From Tubiluchus corallicola (Eukaryota > Animalia > Priapulida), in assembly GCA_030141605.1 (NCBI GenBank), contig JAQGDQ010000530.1:1-64000 (forward strand): a stretch of DNA of 64,000 bases, given 5' to 3'. Both the position numbers and the translations under genes were made by a program. Shown here piece after piece: positions 25,401-40,099 of this stretch (position 1 is its first letter; each line of letters opens with the position of its first letter). The notes beneath the pieces are model-generated. The model worked only from the letters and a program-made list of their open reading frames with translations. It searched no databases and was not told where the DNA came from.

Positions 25401-28400
25401 CAAACTTCTGAATGTGATATATATGCATTTGTGATGTTAACAAGTCACTGCATCACACGAACAAGTTTTTTACTAGGTTCTATTTGGTATTGCACCTTTT
25501 CATTCACTTTTTTTACAACATGATCACCTGACCAAAACATTTTTCTCAGGTGGGTATCAGGTGTAACATTTTCCAAACACGAGCATAGCTACACTGAAGC
25601 CAACATTTTTAAACAGTATTTAAAGACTAGCAAATGGCTAATTGGTGACAAATGGTTACAAGCTTAGTAAACATTTAATTCTCCATAACATTGTTGTGAA
25701 TGTTATGCATATAGCCAGTGGCGGCTCGTGTATGTGTACAGTGGAACTGCAGCACCCCCTATTTTCACTCAATGTTATTGATAATATTCAATATACTAAG
25801 TCTTTTTCTTTAGTTCTTTCCTTGTACTTGTATGGAACCAGAGCACATGAGGGTAGTACTGTTTGCTTGACAGCCCAGCACAGTGTGTTCACAACTCAAG
25901 TAACATGGTGTGTGGCTGTTGTGCACATGAGGGTAGTACTGTTTGCTTGACAGCCCAGCACAGCGCATTCACAACTCAAGCAACATGGTGTGTGGCTGTT
26001 GTGCACGTGAGGGTAGTCACTGTTTGCTTCACAGCCCAGCACAGAGCGTTCACAGCTCAAGCAACATGGTGTGTGGCTGTTGTGCACGTGAGGGTAGTAC
26101 TGTTTGCTTCACAGCCCAGCACAGTGCATTCACAGCTCAAGCAACATGGTGTGTGGCTGTTGTGCACATGAGGCCATACGAACATGTCTGAGATACGATG
26201 CTGCTCTTTGGGTAGAAGAGTACTGTTGCTCTCGCAGTATGTGTTGAAAGTCGTGTACTGGCATATTCTTGAACTGTGACAATTCAGACTATTCGTAAGC
26301 AAACAATATGTTTTGTTGAGGATTTTACCAAGTTTATGTAAAAATTTTCGTATGTTTGTTTGTTTAAAATTACAATTACAAGTTACTACATGAAAATCAC
26401 ATATGTTTGTTTCGTTTGACACAGTTTTAAAACAATGACCAAACATTTTCTGAAGCAGCAGCCCAGTAATTTTAGCTACGAGCTGCCACTGCATATAATT
26501 TACAGGTTTTATTAACAATGTACCTTTGAGCGGCTTCTTCACTGCTGCTTAAGAAACGCTTGCGGAGAGAAGTCACTTGCTCACGAAGTCGGTCATTATT
26601 GTCCTTCAATGTCTGCATTTCTGCATGTTCAATTCGACGCTCAGCCCTTTCGATGTCCAGTGCTTGCTCAATACTGGCTAACTATTTACAGAAAGAGAAA
26701 TGTAAACTCTTTGCTTTATTTGTAACGGAGACTAGATTATATTGCTGTAATCATTGTTGTGGAAGTCTGCTTTATTTGCAACGGAGACTAGATTATGTTG
26801 CTGTAATCATGGTTGTGGAAGTCTGCTTTATTTGTAATGGAGACTTGATTATGTTGCTGTAATCATGGTTGTGGAAGTCTGCTTTATTTGCAACGGAAAC
26901 TAGATTATGTTGCTGTAATCATTGTTGTGGAAGTCTGCTTTATTTGCAACGGAGACTAGATTATGTTGCTGTAATCATGGTTGTGGAAGTCTGCTTTATT
27001 TGCAACGGAGACTAGATTATGTTGTTGTAATCATGGTTGTGGAAGTCTGCTTTATTTGCAACGGAGACTAGATTATGTTGTTGTAATCATGGTTGCGGAA
27101 GTCTGCTTTATTTGCAACGGAGACTAGATTATGTTGCTGTAATCATTGTTGTGGAAGTCTGCTTTATTTGCAACGGAGACTAGATTATGTTGCTGTAATC
27201 ATTGTTGTGGAAGTCTGCTTTATTTGCAACGGAGACTAGATTATGTTGCTGTAATCATGGTTGTGGAAGTCTGCTTTATTTGCAACAGAGACTAGATTAT
27301 GTTGCTGTAATCATGGTTGTGGAAGTCTGCTTTATTTGCAACGGAGACTAGATTATGTTGCTGTAATCATGGTTGTGGAAGTCTGCTTTATTTGTAACGG
27401 AGACTAGATTATGTTGCTGTAATCATGGTTGTGGAAGTCTGCTTTATTTGCAACGGAGACTAGATTATGTTGCTGTAATCATGGTTGTGGAAGTCTGCTT
27501 TATTTGCAACGGAGACTAGATTATGTTGCTGTAATCATGGTTGTGGAAGTCTGCTTTATTTGTAACGGAGACTAGATTATGTTGCTGTAATCATGGTTGT
27601 GGAAGTCTGCTTTATTTGCAACGGAGACTAGATTATGTTGCTGTAATCATGGTTGTGGAAGTCTGCTTTATTTGCAATGGAGACTAGATTATGTTGCTGT
27701 AATCATTGTTGTGGAAGTCTGCTTTATTTGCAACGAAGACTAGATTATGTTGTTGTAATCATGGTTGTGGAAGTCTGCTTTATTTGCAACGGAGACTAGA
27801 TTATGTTGCTGTAATCATGGTTGTGGAAGTCTGCTTTATTTGCAACGGAGACTAGATTATGTTGCTGTAATCATTGTTGTGGAAGTCTGCTTTATTTGCA
27901 ACGGAGACTAGATTATGTTGTTGTAATCATGGTTGTGGAAGTCTGCTTTATTTGCAACGGAGACTAGATTATGTTGCTGTAATCATTGTTGGTCTGCTTT
28001 ATTTGCAACGGAGACTAGATTATGTTGTTGTAATCATGGTTGTGGAAGTCTGCTTTATTTGCAACGGAGACTAGATTATGTTGCTGTAATCATTGTTGTG
28101 GAAGTCTGCTTTATTTGCAACGGAGACTAGATTATGTTGCTGTAATCATTGTTGTGGAGTGCTTTATTTGCAACGGAGACTAGTTATGTTGTTGTAATCA
28201 TGGTTGTGGAAGTCTGCTTTGTTTCCAACGAGACTAGATTATGTTGTTGTAATCATGGTTGTGGAAGTCTGCTTTATTTGCAACGGAGACTAGATTATGT
28301 TGCTGTAATCATTGTTGTGGAAGTCAGCTTTATTTGCAACGGAGACTAGATTATGTTGTTGTAATCATGGTTGTGGAAGTCTGCTTTGTTTCCAACGGAG

Positions 28401-31400
28401 ACTAGATTATGTTGTTGTAATCATTGTTGTGGAAGTCTGCTTTATTTGCAACGGAGACTAGATTATGTTGCTGTAATCATTGTTGTGGAAGTCTGCTTTA
28501 TTTGCAACGGAGACTAGATTATGTTGCTGTAATCATGGTTGTGGAAGTCTGCTTTATTTGCAACGGAGACTAGATTATGTTGCTGTAATCATTGTTGTGG
28601 AAGTCTGCTTTATTTGCAACGGAGACTAGATTATGTTGTTGTAATCATGGTTGTGGAAGTCTGCTTTGTTTCCAACGGAGACTAGATTATGTTGTTGTAA
28701 TCATGGTTGTGGAAGTCTGCTTTATTTGCAACGGAGACTAGATTATGTTGCTGTAATCATTGTTGTGGAAGTCTGCTTTATTTGCAACGGAGACTAGATT
28801 ATGTTGTTGTAATCATGGTTGTGTAAGTCTGCTTTATTTGCAACGGAGACTAGATTATGTTGCTGTAATCATTGTTGTGGAAGTCTGCTTTATTTGCAAC
28901 GGAGACTAGATTATGTTGTTGTAATCATGGTTGTGGAAGTCTGCTTTATTTGCAACGGAGACTAGATTATGTTGCTGTAATCATTGTTGTGGAAGTCTGC
29001 TTTATTTGCAACGGAGACTAGATTATGTTGCTGTAATCATTGTTGTGGAAGTCTGCTTTATTTGCAACGGAGACTAGATTATGTTGTTGTAATCATGGTT
29101 GTGGAAGTCTGCTTTGTTTCCAACGGAGACTAGATTATGTTGTTGTAATCATGGTTGTGGAAGTCTGCTTTATTTGCAACGGAGACTAGATTATGTTGCT
29201 GTAATCATTGTTGTGGAAGTCAGCTTTATTTGCAACGGAGACTAGATTATGTTGTTGTAATCATGGTTGTGGAAGTCTGCTTTGTTTCCAACGGAGACTA
29301 GATTATGTTGTTGTAATCATTGTTGTGGAAGTCTGCTTTATTTGCAATGGAGACTAGATTATGTTGCTGTAATCATTGTTGTGGAAGTCTGCTTTATTTG
29401 CAACGGAGACTAGTTTATGTTGCTGTAATCATTGTTGTGGAAATCGAACAGAATTGGTTGATCAATTCACACAATGTGAGAGTTTCCAAGTAATCTAAAC
29501 AACTGGGAATAATGGGAAAAACTGGAGTTTTTTATGTTTTCATGGCTGCAAGTGGCACACAGGTACAAAATGTATGACTAGTGACATACAGGATAAAAAT
29601 AATCACCACCCATTATATCACAGGACTATCTCAGGGTTCTCGCGTATCTAAAATATTTGCAAAACAAATTCTCATTGCACAAGGTTTGGCTCCATTTGTC
29701 AACACTAGCAATAATAAGAAAGCCGTCTTTGTTATCAGAAATTGCTCCATAGACGATCAGCCAAAACTTTTTGGATAAATCCCATTATCTTTTATAGTAA
29801 AATTTTGTAGTCACTTAGGCAAAGTGAAAGATCTACAATTACAATTTTGCATTTGTCTGATACATCATGTTGTACAAAATCATTTCATTTCTCTTTTTAG
29901 CATTACTGACTCCCTTGTGAATTTGGGTGGTATTGATGTTGATTCTATCTATCACTTTTTTTTATTTTATGCTGCCTGAATATGACGCAGGATTAATCTG
30001 ACACACTTTGGCTCTCCAGGGTGAATCAAATTCTGATAATAAAGATGATTATCGTAATAACGCTAGTGTTGACGTTTTTCAATTCTCTTTCATTTTAGTT
30101 TTGAAAAGATGTGAAAAAATCCAAAGAAAAACCATTTTTCTCTAATATCTGTTTACCAACCGTCAAAATCAGAACTTTTTTGTGCACTTCGTATCGTGAG
30201 GTTCAACTTGTATTACATTTATTACTATGATATTTATCTCAACTGTACTAACCTGTCTTTGCAATGTGGTGGCATTACTGCTCTCACTATTCAAATGTGA
30301 TAGTGATGTGTCAATCTGTCTCTGTATTTCATTCTTCAAATCTTGCATCAGTAACGTGACCTCTGACCTGAAAACCAACAATCATCTACATCGTAAACAG
30401 TCTGTCACAATGACAAAATGAACAAACAAAATTCTAGGAGAATGGCATAATTTTTCCATCAGGAAGGCAAAATTAAGAAGCACTTTTTGTAAACGAAAAA
30501 CAAAAAAGGTAACTGCGTCATTTATCAAAGTTTCGTTCTTATAGTGATCTTAATGGAAAACCGGACCCAAGCTTAAACTATAGTTCAAAGTAATCTATTC
30601 TATAAAATATTGAAAGGGAAAGTACTTTTTTTCAAGAATGATTTACAAGAAAAAATATTACCACAGAAATGTAATTTTGCATTCTTGTGGCTATTTTTTC
30701 GCTGGTAGGAAACACGATGCACATAAAAACAGGTTCTGTACATCTCAGTTCAAAGCTGTTCAGTTGTGATGTACTGCATACGTTCGAGAGTTCACGCGTG
30801 AGCACAAATGTAAACTTAAAATTTGCCGAGGTTTTGTATATCACACTAAATGTTTTACAGTAGCACTGTACTTCAATTTTTCCTTTCGCAAACACGTGCA
30901 AGACGCTCGTGGAATGTTTGGGCTGTTGAAAATATGTTCAGTTGTGAAGTCATCATAACTAGGGCTTGTCTGCTGTCAACTAAGTTTTTAATCTATTACT
31001 TAATTATCAGAAACACTTTGGCATTATTATATGAGTTAAAATGTAAGCATTTTAGCATATTTCAAAATGGGGAGTGATGTGAAAAATCATACTATTTTCC
31101 ATTATAAAAGTATTAGTAAATTTTTTCTAGAGTATGGCACAATGCAAGCCGGAATCTTAATGGCATCTCAAAATGTCAGGTTGACTAACCTGCTGGGCAC
31201 AGATACCTCCGCTGGTTTCTGCTCTGTGTATACTGTTGTCAGTTTCACTAATTCAGCCTCCAATTCCTGAATTCTGAAAAAAATTATTATTAACCCTTAA
31301 CTGACTATGGAATTTTTATATTAAGATAAAGGTCAAACGGGGTAACAAATTACTCCATGAAAGTTTTCCTTAATATGTGTTACTAACTGGATAGAATCAC

Positions 31401-34400
31401 TCGTAATCGAGGTACTTAGTTAGTACAAAATGGCATAGATAGTTTGTTAGTATATAAGTTGGCATAAATCTATGACGACACAAAGAACAAAATGAGGTGG
31501 TCCCCCACAATTACAGTATATTGTTTATGTCTAGTTTATTAAGTCTTGTGGCAATACTTTGAACAGATTAATGATGTTCACTCTTTAATTCTAAGACATC
31601 CACTTCGTCTTCACTTGCTGAAACTTCTAAGATTTTCATCGCATTCAAGCTTAGCCACCTATACATATTATCTCGCCATATTACTAGATGAAGAATTTTC
31701 ACAAATATGAAATTTCCTCAGCAGATCGTTAGAAAAATCCCTTTACAGAACTGCAGGATATAATCGGAGGTTTACACATAAAATATTCAGAAACATCTTC
31801 ACTCTCTCTCTATCCCTCATTTACTCCCTTCTCTTTTCATCATTCACTTTCACACTCTCTTTTGTTCTATCCCTTTCTCCGTCTCTTTCATTTTAATTAT
31901 TTTGCAAAAGCTTTGTCTCTCTAATTACTGTCCTGCTTACAATCAAATCATTCTATATCACCTACTTCGACACTGCAATGAAGTTGGCATTATGCCGAGG
32001 TGGATTAATATTTACATGTCTAAGCTATTTTGTTCCGCTAAAGGTCTGGGCACTAAGGAGCAGTTGGCTTTGTAAATGAGGGCATTATAACAGTTTTGTC
32101 ATTATAGTTTCAATAATATTCTGGGAATATCATTATCGTATCAAATTTGGCACGTAACGTTGCTTAACGCTTACCTTTACAAAACTGCATCACTTATTTT
32201 CTATTTATTTACACCAATTATGCAAAGAAGTGGATAAGAAGAATTATTTAAAATTATAAGCTCATCAGATGGTAAATCATTTTCTTGTACTTTCGTCTGG
32301 CAATAACATCTATCTTCATTCTGAATCATACTGACAAAGTATAGCGACTTTGATACTGATGCGTGGATAAAAAATACACTACTGCATTTTTAGTGTCAGT
32401 TCCTCAGTCATGTGCAGCTCAAATAGACAAATATTTTTATATCAGTAATATATTTAATTGTTGCAGCTTACTTAATAATAAATCATGATGACAATCATAC
32501 TTATATTTCATAACTAGCAACCATTTATGTATACAACACTGAACACACTTAATAATTTTTATTATTAATGGTACTTTTGTTATTGCATACATAGTCTAAC
32601 TTCAGTACCTTTTTATCGGTTGAAATAATTTATCGTATCATATCATCTAGAAAGTAGTTTATCGTTTTCGTATCGTTACAAAAAAGAATTGCATTGTATC
32701 ATTATCAATTGAAAATTTGTAATGTTTAACATCCCTACAATCCGGCACAACATTCATGTATCTGGCATCAAACCCTTAAAACAAGAGAATCGTTTAAATA
32801 CCTTGTGATAAGAGTGTTCTGCAAATTCTTCTCTAACCTCACAGCTTCATCAGCGCATCGTTGCTGAGTCTGTACATCTCTGAGCAGATTCTCCAAATCA
32901 AGCTGCTCTTCCTGCAAGCGACTGTTCTCCGTATTTTTCATCGCCAATGTCTCACGGACACGCTCCAGTTCCACACTCAACTTCTGAGCTTGAGATGCTA
33001 ACTTAGAACGTTCACGTTCAAGCTGTTCACTAAAAAAGAAAAAATGTATCTCACAAAAAACTGTACTAAATTTAACTGCAGTTTGTGGTGAGTTCTCAAT
33101 CTAGGAATTTTGTATCTATACAAGTGGTAATCACTACGGCTTGTTTTTTTATACAGAACCTGAAGTTATAGGTATCAAGCTTGACGCTGCTTGAAATCTG
33201 TAGTTAAGCAAACTCCATGAAAGATGGCTGTTCCCATCATCCCAAATGCCTATTATCAATATATTATATTAAATGAAGTTAGCCTTGAAGAAAACAATTA
33301 AATGCAGTCACTGTGTGAGTTCCGCACATTTGTTTTGATTTGCCTTCGTTTGGTAATGCACTTATTCCCGTTTCGATTTCTTATTTCACACGCACTAATC
33401 CCAACGTTTTTCAACCGATTTGACAATCTTGTTGTTTCGGTTTTTGCGTGTCTGCATGTGTACTCAGTACAGAGATAAAATGCAAATGGCAATCTGCTCT
33501 GAAGTATTTTCTGTTTAAGCTGATAATTTCGCTATAATTTCTGTTTCTTTGCTCTCTATAACCGCTAATCGGTTTTGTCGATGTGAAGATAATCTACTGT
33601 TTTAAATCTACTTATAATGAATCTGTCAACCAGTGACTTGTTGTGTTGTAAACAATTTCTTGCACTTGTGTCATCTTTCATACACTGTTTCTAACACGTG
33701 TACGAAAATGCTCCTTTACTTTACTTCTAAGCTGTTTCTACAATCTGCGAAACACGTGTATGAAAATACTCTTATACTTTACTTCTAAGTTGTTTCTACA
33801 ATCTAGCGAAACACGTGTATGAAAATACTCCTATACTTTACTTCTAAGTTGTTTCTACAATCTGTAGTGAAACACGTGTATGAAAATACTCCTATACTTT
33901 ACTTCTAAGTTGTTTCTACAATCTGAGTGAAACACGTGTATGAAAATACTCCTATACTTTACTTCTAAGTTGTTTCTACAATCTGCGAAACATGTGTATG
34001 AAAATACTCCTATACTTTACTTCTAAGTTGTTTCTACAATCAGCTAAACACGTGTATGAAAATACTCCTATACTTTACTTCTAAGTTGTTTCTACAATCT
34101 GCGAAACACGTGTATGAAAATACTCCTATACTTTACTTCTAAGTTGTTTCTACAATCTGCGAAACACGTGTATGAAAATACTCCTATACTTTACTTCTAA
34201 GTTGTTTCTACAATCTGCGAAACACGTGTATGAAAATACTCCTATACTTTACTTCTAAGTTGTTTCTACAATCTGCGAAACACGTGTATGAAAATACTCC
34301 TATACTTTACTTCTAAGTTGTTTCTACAATCTGCGAAACACGTGTATGAAAATCCTCCTATACTTTACTTCTAAGTTGTTTCTACAACTCTGCGAAACAC

Positions 34401-37400
34401 GTGTTTGAAAATACTCCTATACTTTACTTCTAAGTTGTTTCCACAATCTGCAAAACATGTGTATGAAATACTCCTATACTTTACTTCCAAGTTGTTTCTA
34501 CAATCTGCGAAACACGTGTATGAAAATACACCTATACTTTACTTCTAAGTTGTTTCTACAATCTGCTAAACACGTGTATGAAAATACTCCTATACTTTAC
34601 TTCTAAGTTGTTTCTACAATCTGCGAAACACGTGTATGAAAATACTCCTATACTTTACTTCTAAGTTGTTTCTACAATCTGCGAAACACGTGTATAAAAA
34701 TACTCCTATACTTTACTTCTAAGCTGTTTCTACAATCTGCTAAACAAGTGTATGAAAATACTCCTATACTTTACTTCTAAGTTGTTTCTACAACTCTGCG
34801 AAACACGTGTATGAAAATACTCCTATACTTTACTTCTAAGTTGTTTCCACAATCTGCAAAACATGTGTATGAAAATACTCCTATATTTTACTTGTAAGTT
34901 GTTTCTACAATCAGCTAAACACGTGTATGAAAATACTCCTATACTTTACTTGTAAGTTGTTTCTACAATCAGCTAAACACGTGTATGAAAATACTCCTAT
35001 ACTTTACTTCTAAGTTGTTTCTACAATCTGCGAAACACGTGTATGAAAATACTCCTATACTTTACTTCTAAGTTGTTTCTACAATCTGCTAAACATGTGT
35101 ATGAAAATACTCCTATACTTTACTTCTAAGTTGTTTCTACAATCTGCTAAACACGTGTATGAAAATACTCCTATACTTTACTTCTAAGTTGTTTCCACAA
35201 TCTGCAAAACACGTGTATGAAAATACTCCTATACTTTACTTCTAAGTTGTTTCTACAATCTGCAAAACACGTGTATGAAAATACTCCTATACTTTATTTC
35301 CAAGTTGTTTCTACAATCTGCAAAACGTGTATGAAAATACTCCTATACTTTACTTCTAAGTTGTTTCTACAATCTGCTAAACACGTGTATGAAAATACTC
35401 TTATACTTTACTTCTAAGTTGTTTCTACAATCTGCAAAACACGTGTATGAAAATATTCCTATACTTTACTTGTAAGTTGTTTCTACAATCTGCGAAACAC
35501 GTGTACGAAATACTCCTATACTTTACTTCTAAGTTGTTTCTACAATCTGCTAAACACGTGTATGAAAATACTCCTATACTTTACTTCTAAGTTGTTTCTA
35601 CAATCTGCGAAACACGTGTATGAAAATACTCCTATACTTTACTTCTAAGTTGTTTCTACAATCTGCGAAACACGTGTATGAAAATACTCCTATACTTTAC
35701 TTCTAAGTTGTTTCCACAATCAGCTACTCTTTTGCTTCTTAGACGCCTTGCAAATGAGCAGTAATTATTCAAAACCTATCAGCAGTAAAATTCTATTTTG
35801 AAAAATTTATACTTATTTGCCAAAAATAGACAGTTGTATGAAAACATGTTTATTTTTGGCTCAAACAGCATTTTTGTTCATTAATGGTGGTCTTTAATAC
35901 GTGATGCATGCTCTGTAATGCGTATCTACAAGAGTTTGTATTTGAACACATGAAACTCTTTCCATGTGCAACCTAATGCGCAATTGGATGCAATGTGTGA
36001 TGCGTGATCCATATTCACTCGAATGTGATCGTTTTCGTCCGAATACGCTTCACGTAACAAGATACAGACGACAAACCATCATTGCCTATGTAATTGACAG
36101 AGTTTTCAAGTTTCTGGTGACCATTTTTGCTGATTGGATTTCTGGAAATTTGGTTAGATGAGTTTTGGTCACTTTAAGATGTACACAGAATAATATTTCT
36201 TCTATTTAAATTTTTGAGAGGTAGAAAAAGTGTACTATGTGCCATGCATCTAGTTACAGCTCTTTCACTAAAAGGTGATACATGTCGTATTTTTCTCCCC
36301 CCCCCCCCCACAAAATGTTTTGCACTCAAAACCTGTATTTCCTTTTCCATGTAATAGTACAATAATAAGCTAAAGCCACCACTATAATTATAATCCTGAA
36401 ATTTCGACAGAGGCACGACTTCCAATAATTATTACTTCCAATTTTCACAGTCAGCAATCAAAATGATGAAAAGTGCCATGAGCTTTGTTAATACACACAG
36501 CATTCACGGACACATGGAAAGAGTCAATATGCATCAACGATTAAGCATTACGCAACTTGCGCACATTGATTCGTAGCTTTAGATTTTGGTAAAAGTGCTG
36601 TTACTATAAGTACAGTCTCTTAATTGTTCAAGCAAAAGTAACAGTTCACTTTTACTGATATGCAGTTAGCAAATTTAAATTTCTCTGCTAGCAAAATTTT
36701 AACAGTACAAACCATTTGTTCCGCCATTCAACAGTTGTCTTATTCAGTGCAGTTCGAAGAACTAGCTTCGTAGTTTTGTGTTTTTTTCTCACATTCTCCA
36801 CTTTGGTCTGAAATTCAAAATGTAAAATAAGTAAACACATAATTGCACATTCAGATTAGCAAGTTTTCTTGCCCATTAACTCGCCATGCAACAAGTAAAC
36901 GTGTTCAGACTAGAAAGCAAAACAAACTTGCTGCGAGTTATTCTCCGACAGTAACTCACAAAGCGGTTCACATTGGACAGTCTGCCCTCCAGGGAAAACT
37001 TGTGACAGAAAACCCACTAGTCTGAGCACACTGTAAATAAATAGCAATGTCGCTCTTTTATCAGTAGAAATTTTAGAATTATATAATCACTAAACACTGA
37101 TGATAAAAGATAGTTTTTCCTGCGTTTTGTATCAATAAAACTAGTTTTGAGAATATTCATTAAAACAGCAGCACTTCTTATACCAAAAGTTGTCTATGAA
37201 AGCAGGTTTTTGTTAAGTGACTTTTGAGTTTGCAGCAGCAGCAAAACAGCATTATTGCCTGAAACCCTTTTGCTCAAACTAGAAGTTTAAATGCTTTTAT
37301 GCATCTTTATAAACATAAAACTCCACAAAAATTTAGTGACAATATAATTGTATAATGCATAGTGCAAGTTTGCAGAGTGCAGATTTTCTTGCCAGAAAAG

Positions 37401-40052
37401 TAAATTTGCCATCCTGTAACACCACATTATAGACATTTAGAAAAAGACAGTGGGTCTAATCAGAAGTTCTGGAACATCTACTTTTTTCTCTATCTACCTT
37501 TAATCTACATCTACTTTTGTAGTATCTACATGTATTATCATCTAATGTCTTCTGCATCTACATGATTTACACCTACTTTTGCAGCATCTACATGTATTAT
37601 CATCTAATGTCTTCTGCATCTACACGTATCTACATCTACTTTTGCAGCATCTACGTGTATTATCATCTAATGTCTTCTGCATCTACATGATCTACATCTA
37701 CTTTTGCAGCATCTACGTGTATTATCATCTAATGTCTTCTGCATCTACATGATCTACATCTACTTTTGCAGCATCTACATGTATTATCATCTACTGTCTT
37801 CTGCATCTACATGATCTACATCTACTTTTGCAGCATCTACGTGTATTATCATCTAATGTCTTCTGCATCTACATGATCTACATCTACTTTTGTAGTATCT
37901 ACGTGTATTATCATCTACTGTCTTCTGCATCTACATGATCTACATCTACTTTTGCAGCATCTACGTGTATTATCATCTAATATCTTCTGCATCTACATGA
38001 TCTACAGCTACTTTTGCAGCATCTACGTGTATTATCATCTACTTTCTTCAGCATCTACAGGTATCTACATCTACTTTGTTAAAGGAAATTAAAATCTTTG
38101 TAATTCATATGTGCCAAGATTGAGGTCATGTTAATCATATCAGTAAATTAATCAAGCTGCTAATTGTTTTAGCTTAGGTGGCAGTTTCTTTCCATGAGCA
38201 ATTACAATCTATTGTTAGATACTTCTTGTTCCTAAAAATGTTTACATTATTTTTCCATTTTTGCAAACATTAGTAAGAAGATTACCAGGTAATTTTAAAT
38301 TTATTTCTACATATATCATCATAATAATAATTAAAAAACGGCCTTAGAAATTCCGTAGTAAGCAAAACCGCAAAACGGGGATGCCAGAAAGTGGTCTGAC
38401 AGTTTTTCTGTTATAATTATTCCATTAACATTTATTAAAGAGTTGCTGATTTTTTAATCTAGGTTTCTATAATTATGCATAATCTGCTTGGCTGCCAGAA
38501 GGCGCCACATATTTCCATTAATTGGGTGTCATGGTGTCTTACAGTCGGCAGCATTGATAGAAAATATTTTAATTTAAATTATTATCAGCAATTTAATATA
38601 CTCATTTTGGTCGCTGTTGGTTTCGTGTATCATTGTCAGTGTTTCAAAATTTCTTTTGTTTCATTCTTGCATTACTGAGAACGCCTAAAATTTCATTTGT
38701 GACAACGTGCAACAAAGAAATCAAGAAAATGAGCAATTTTACCTGCAGGTATTTACACTGTGTCTGCATGGTTTGCGCATTTGTTTGTTGTTCTCCAATC
38801 GAGTCGTTAAGCTGATCGTGAATGTTCTGCAGATTAGCATTGAGTTCTTTCTCTGTTTCTAACTCTGCTGTCAATGTTATGCACTCTCTCTGCAATTCTT
38901 CCAACTTTAACAAGTTTTCCGCCTGAAATTAAGTCAGTGAGCGATGCCATGTCAGACTCAGAATATAAAGAAGACAAAGTGCCTTTAAATCTCAAAAACT
39001 TTGATTTTTCTAGGAGTTTTCATCCTGCACGGACAGGCTAGATATAATACTGGCTTATAGAACACCAAAAACAGTTATCTAATATGGAAGTAAATAGCCA
39101 TGGCAGTATTTAGTAAATATTCCAAAAAACAATGTTTCAGGCACTGCCCTGGATACTAACTTTATTGGATTACTCACTTGAGATGTAACAGGTATAAACA
39201 GATCTGCTTTGCCGTGAAGCCGGTCTCATTCTTGTACTAGTTGTTCATATGATAAGTTGTTAGTCAATTTTTATATTGTGACATCACAACGAAGTAATTT
39301 CCTATGCTAAATTTTTAAGATAAAATGGATTCTGTGACAATGCTAAATGGTGTTCCAAATATTGACACACTTGGGCAGAAAAAATTCAGTATACGAGCAA
39401 CCGATGCTTCACATTCTAGACTAGTTTTTAGCATGATTTGCCATACAAGTTGACATATTACCGGGTGTCTGAGCTGCAGCTTTCTATAATAATACCTGTT
39501 GCTTTTCCAGCAAGTCGACATGGCTAATGAGTTGCTGGTTCTGCTGCTCAACTGCTAGTTTTTGCGTTGTTTCGTTTTGAATCTGAGAAGAGAGAGTTTC
39601 GACTTCCTTCTCCAGATGATGTTCATTTGCAAGATGATGATTGCGAGATTCAGACGCCGATGCCACTTTAGAATCCAAATTACTGCACTGAGCAAGAGCC
39701 TGTCAAAATCAAACTAAAACTTATCAAGAAACTCTGATGATATCATAGCATCTGAAGCAGATTCTTAACAGCAAGCCCGACGAGAGAGGGGGCAGGGGGT
39801 AGTGCCCAGGAGCCTGTGTGTCTAGGGCTGCTAAAGTTTTTTTTCATAAAGTTGTTAACATGGATCAGCCATTTTTCCTTGTCGTTTCTCTAGCTTTCCC
39901 TCATCAGTAGAGCCTTTTAGATTGATGGAGACATTGGAAATAATATGGAGTAGCACACAAATTGATGAAATTAAAAGCAACAGTCATCCCCTTCTATGCC
40001 CAGTGGTAACAGAGGGTGGATGGTCAAACACTCACACCCATGCACGCACGCA

Positions 40053-40099
<47 letters not shown>

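Noticed and set aside
31290-32020. Possible piggyBac relic (TTAA-CCCTT start, Cys-rich fragment)
   Set aside because: No matching right end or readable ORF identified
26710-35724. Regular arrays as possible CRISPR loci
   Set aside because: Head-to-tail units with no unique spacers, no cas genes, and a eukaryotic intronic context
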